Positions 22,479-25,264 of a stretch of 25,264 bases of DNA are shown here, in pieces (position 1 is the first letter of the stretch; each line of letters opens with the position of its first letter). The DNA lies in IMG/VR virus record IMGVR_UViG_3300014202_000463, positions 1 through 25,264 of that record. One strand, 5' to 3'. The stretch comes from a virus (Duplodnaviria; Caudoviricetes). The notes below the pieces were generated by a model that did no database searches, was not told the origin of the DNA, and worked only from the letters and a program-made list of their open reading frames with translations. A program made the position numbers and the translations under genes.

Positions 22479-25007
22479 TTAGATAGGAAGCGCATCTGCG
22501 TCCTCCTGTGCTGCCTCTGTTGCTGCCGCTGCCGGCGCCACAGGCCGCGAATAGAAGCGCTCACGCGCCCCTGACGTTTCCCGGTCCTTCTTCCACCCCA
22601 GCTTGCGCATGATCGCGCCGATACGCATGGTCTCCAGCTTGGCTGGGCCCAGCTTCGATATCTCGAAGTGCAGCCCACGCGTCAGCAAGTCCAGCACGGT
22701 CACGCGATCAATACGGCCGTTCAGCTTTGGTATGCCCTCGGCATCCAGGCCTTCCAGGTAGCGATAGATATGGCCATGCCACGGGTCGGGTATCTCGCGG
22801 TTTTCCTGCTCTGGCGAAATCAGACGGTCCTGCTGGTCGCGCGTGGGATACCACAGCACGCCGGCATTCATCATTGCCACCGCCTCGCCGAACAGCTGGT
22901 CGCGATCCGTGATCAAGGCGTCCATATCGATGCGGCCGGTGGCCACCGGCCAGAAGCGCCGGTTGCCGGTCGTGTCCTTGAAATACTCACCCTCGTTGGT
23001 CGTCGCCGCGAACGCACAGCGGCGCGGCATGTTCTTCATGCGGCGGCCGTACGGCTCGCGGAACCTGTCGACGGTCGACGACATGAACGCCTTGATGGCG
23101 GTGACCTCTGACCTGTTGAACTGCTCCAGCTCGGCCACCTCGTACAGCAGCACGCCCTGGATCGACAGGTAGCCGTCCTTTTCGCCCATGCGAAAAGGCG
23201 TGTCGGCAAACCAGTCGCCGCCCAACACCTTCAGCGCGGTCGACTTGCCCTCGCCCTGGCCGCCCTCGAACACCGGCGCATGGTCGTGCTTCACCCCTGG
23301 GCGATACGCGCGCACCACCACGCCGACAAAGAACATGGTGGCCACCAGGCGCAGGTACTCGCTGTCGACGCAGCCCCAGTATTGCGACAGCGCCGAGGCA
23401 ACGCGCGGCACGCCATCCCACATGGCGCCGCAGCGGTCCATGTAGTCGGTAACAGGGTTGAACGCATGCTCGCGCGCGGCCTGGGCGACACCGCGCTCGA
23501 TGTCGCCGATGGCGGCCAGCAGCAGGCTATGGTGCTGCGACAGGTACACGCCGAGGTGGAAATCGTCGCCCTCAGTCCATTCGCCCGGTTCGCTGCGCCA
23601 TGGCGTTGGCCGCCGCTTCACCTGCAGGCCGGAAAACAGATCCAGACCCACCAGGCCGATCAGGCGTGGATCGCCCTGCATGACCATGTACACATTCTCC
23701 CTGCAGCCCTTGACCCCGCCATTTGCCGTCTGGATCAATTGCGCCCGCAGCTGCTTAGGCGACATGCCCGCGCCAGCTGGCAAAGGGGTAGATCCATCGG
23801 CCGGCAAGGAATCCATTTGCTCGTCGATCCAATCAGGCACGTCATCCTCGGCCTTGGCCGGCGCCGCGACTGGCTCGGCCACAGGCTCTGGCTCGGCATC
23901 TTCGACGCGCAGCTTCGTCACCCAGGACATCACCTCGTTGACACCAGCGCCGCCATCGATCAGGTCAGCCACGTCCCAGCCATCGACCACTTCACCAGGT
24001 GCGGGAATGTCGACGAAAAACACCGTGCAGCCCAAGCCGCGCAGGATGCCGGCGACCTTGATCATCGCCGCCATGCCGGGCTGGTCCGCTTCCGGCATCA
24101 GCTCGCCGGCCCTCTTGTGCTTTTCCTTGTACCGCTTGGCGTCGGCATCGGCCCACAGGATCACCGTGCGGCCGGCCAGCGGCGTCCAGTCGATTTTGTC
24201 CACTGCCTTGCTGCCGCCAACCCAGGACACCGCGTCCAGCTCGGCGGCAAGCATGTCGTGCGCCCGGTCGGTACATTTCTCGCCTTCAATCACCAGTACC
24301 GGTAGGTCGGGCCGCATCGGGCCGCGCAGGTACAGAGGACGAGGAACCGGAAACGACATCCATCGCCATTCACGGTGATTCGTGACAGGGTGCTGCGCGA
24401 AGACGCACGGCAGCACTTCCTTGCCGCCGTCCGAGGTGGTGAAACGATAGATCACGCCCAGCAGCTGGCCGCCCTGGTCGCGGTATTCCCAAGATGTATC
24501 GGGCTTGCCGCGCACCACATGCGCCTTCGGATACGGCCCTGCATCGGCCGGGACGGGCAAAATCGGCGTCCAGGGCGTCTTTATTTTCGCCTCGGAAACT
24601 GCCTGTACCCCTTTGTCCGCTTGCGCGGGCGCGCGACTGGGGGTGTTTTTCGGCTTGGCCGAAACGATAGGGCGCGTTGCGCCAGGGGAGGAAAAATCGG
24701 ATGGCGTCAGCGTGATGCCCAGCTGCGCGGCCAGGTCGGCGCACGCCCTACCCTGTTTGACGCCGTGGATATGCGCATAGAGGGAGATGAGATCAGCGCC
24801 GGCTACGCCGTCGTCGGAAAAATCAGCCCATACGCCAGCTTTATCGCCTTCGAGCCGGATACGCATTGATTTGCCGGCTTCGCCGGAGGAAGAACCAATA
24901 CAGAACTCGATACCTTCACGCACGCCGTTCGGGAACCAGGAGCTCAGCAGCGATTCAATGGAAAGGATGGCCGCGCTGTTGACTGCGGCAAAATCGTCGA
25001 GAGTCAC
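22479..25007 (-). CDS. TOPRIM primase-VapE (virulence-associated E)/SF3 helicase fusion, phage replication protein
   Basis: TOPRIM motifs VLVIEGEK and WADAD; Walker A GGQGEGKST; VapE motifs FREPYGR, ATTN and D-x-TGNRRFWPV. Confidence 0.9.
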   Translation of the reverse strand: MTLDDFAAVNSAAILSIESLLSSWFPNGVREGIEFCIGSSSGEAGKSMRIRLEGDKAGVWADFSDDGVAGADLISLYAHIHGVKQGRACADLAAQLGITLTPSDFSSPGATRPIVSAKPKNTPSRAPAQADKGVQAVSEAKIKTPWTPILPVPADAGPYPKAHVVRGKPDTSWEYRDQGGQLLGVIYRFTTSDGGKEVLPCVFAQHPVTNHREWRWMSFPVPRPLYLRGPMRPDLPVLVIEGEKCTDRAHDMLAAELDAVSWVGGSKAVDKIDWTPLAGRTVILWADADAKRYKEKHKRAGELMPEADQPGMAAMIKVAGILRGLGCTVFFVDIPAPGEVVDGWDVADLIDGGAGVNEVMSWVTKLRVEDAEPEPVAEPVAAPAKAEDDVPDWIDEQMDSLPADGSTPLPAGAGMSPKQLRAQLIQTANGGVKGCRENVYMVMQGDPRLIGLVGLDLFSGLQVKRRPTPWRSEPGEWTEGDDFHLGVYLSQHHSLLLAAIGDIERGVAQAAREHAFNPVTDYMDRCGAMWDGVPRVASALSQYWGCVDSEYLRLVATMFFVGVVVRAYRPGVKHDHAPVFEGGQGEGKSTALKVLGGDWFADTPFRMGEKDGYLSIQGVLLYEVAELEQFNRSEVTAIKAFMSSTVDRFREPYGRRMKNMPRRCAFAATTNEGEYFKDTTGNRRFWPVATGRIDMDALITDRDQLFGEAVAMMNAGVLWYPTRDQQDRLISPEQENREIPDPWHGHIYRYLEGLDAEGIPKLNGRIDRVTVLDLLTRGLHFEISKLGPAKLETMRIGAIMRKLGWKKDRETSGARERFYSRPVAPAAAATEAAQEDADALPI

Positions 25008-25264
25008 GCGGTACGCACCTTCGCCTTGTGCTCAACGCGCTGGCTACCGTAGCGGGACGGGATCTGCGCATACTCCAGCGCGCCTTCGCGCACCAGGCCT
25101 GCGCGTGCCATATGCCGAGCGGACAATGGCGCCTTGGATGGCGCGTGGCGCGGCCCTGCAACCTGCCCGACCGTCGACGTCGCGGCGCCAACGACAGGCC
25201 CTGCATAGTCGCGGCCGCGCTGCGTGACGACGTACTGGCCGGCCTCGATGCGCACCACATGGCA
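25004..25264 (-). CDS. Hypothetical phage protein, 5'-partial
   Basis: Frame is open to the window edge and overlaps the primase start (GTGA). Confidence 0.5.
   Translation of the reverse strand, partial: CHVVRIEAGQYVVTQRGRDYAGPVVGAATSTVGQVAGPRHAPSKAPLSARHMARAGLVREGALEYAQIPSRYGSQRVEHKAKVRTA

Larger units (their letters stand above)
1..25264 (-). mobile_element. Lambda-like siphovirus prophage/temperate phage: replication, late control, head, tail and lysis modules; extends beyond both window edges
   Basis: Co-oriented, tightly packed minus-strand genes in lambdoid order (terminase, W, portal, capsid, connectors, tube, chaperones, TMP, tip, J). No integrase or att site is visible in the window, so prophage versus free phage cannot be settled. 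Confidence 0.95.

Noticed and set aside
22079-22678. 199-aa minus ORF and 124-aa plus ORF over the repeat element
   Set aside because: Low-complexity translations of the repeats and RY tract that overlap the helicase end; a non-coding interpretation fits better.

Overview
This window is the late half of a lambda-like (siphovirus, cos-packaging) temperate phage or prophage. All supported genes are on the minus strand. The GC-rich backbone and gene set suggest a betaproteobacterial host, but that is inference. In transcription order (right to left): a TOPRIM primase-VapE/SF3 helicase fusion, a highly symmetric ~260-bp non-coding element (probable replication origin), a small hypothetical gene, and a Q-like late regulator. 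Next come a PR'-like promoter and terminator, an AT-rich moron gene, a structured spacer with an orphan Shine-Dalgarno, a displaced gpZ-like gene and a lambda-style cos region. The structural block runs terminase small and large subunits, gpW, portal, protease-capsid fusion, DUF2190, head-tail connectors, tail tube, G/GT chaperones (-1 frameshift), tape measure, tail-tip genes, J, and a lower-GC SGNH-hydrolase tailspike. The lysis cassette follows the tail genes: two membrane proteins, an M15 endolysin and i/o-spanins. The most unusual signals are (1) an in-frame amber stop that appears to cut 22 codons from the Q-like gene, (2) the mirror-symmetric origin-like element with a 41-bp alternating purine/pyrimidine tract, (3) the YodC-like/coiled-coil moron, and (4) the candidate small RNA carrying a long SD with no start codon. 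Family assignments come from motif recognition by eye; no searches were run.
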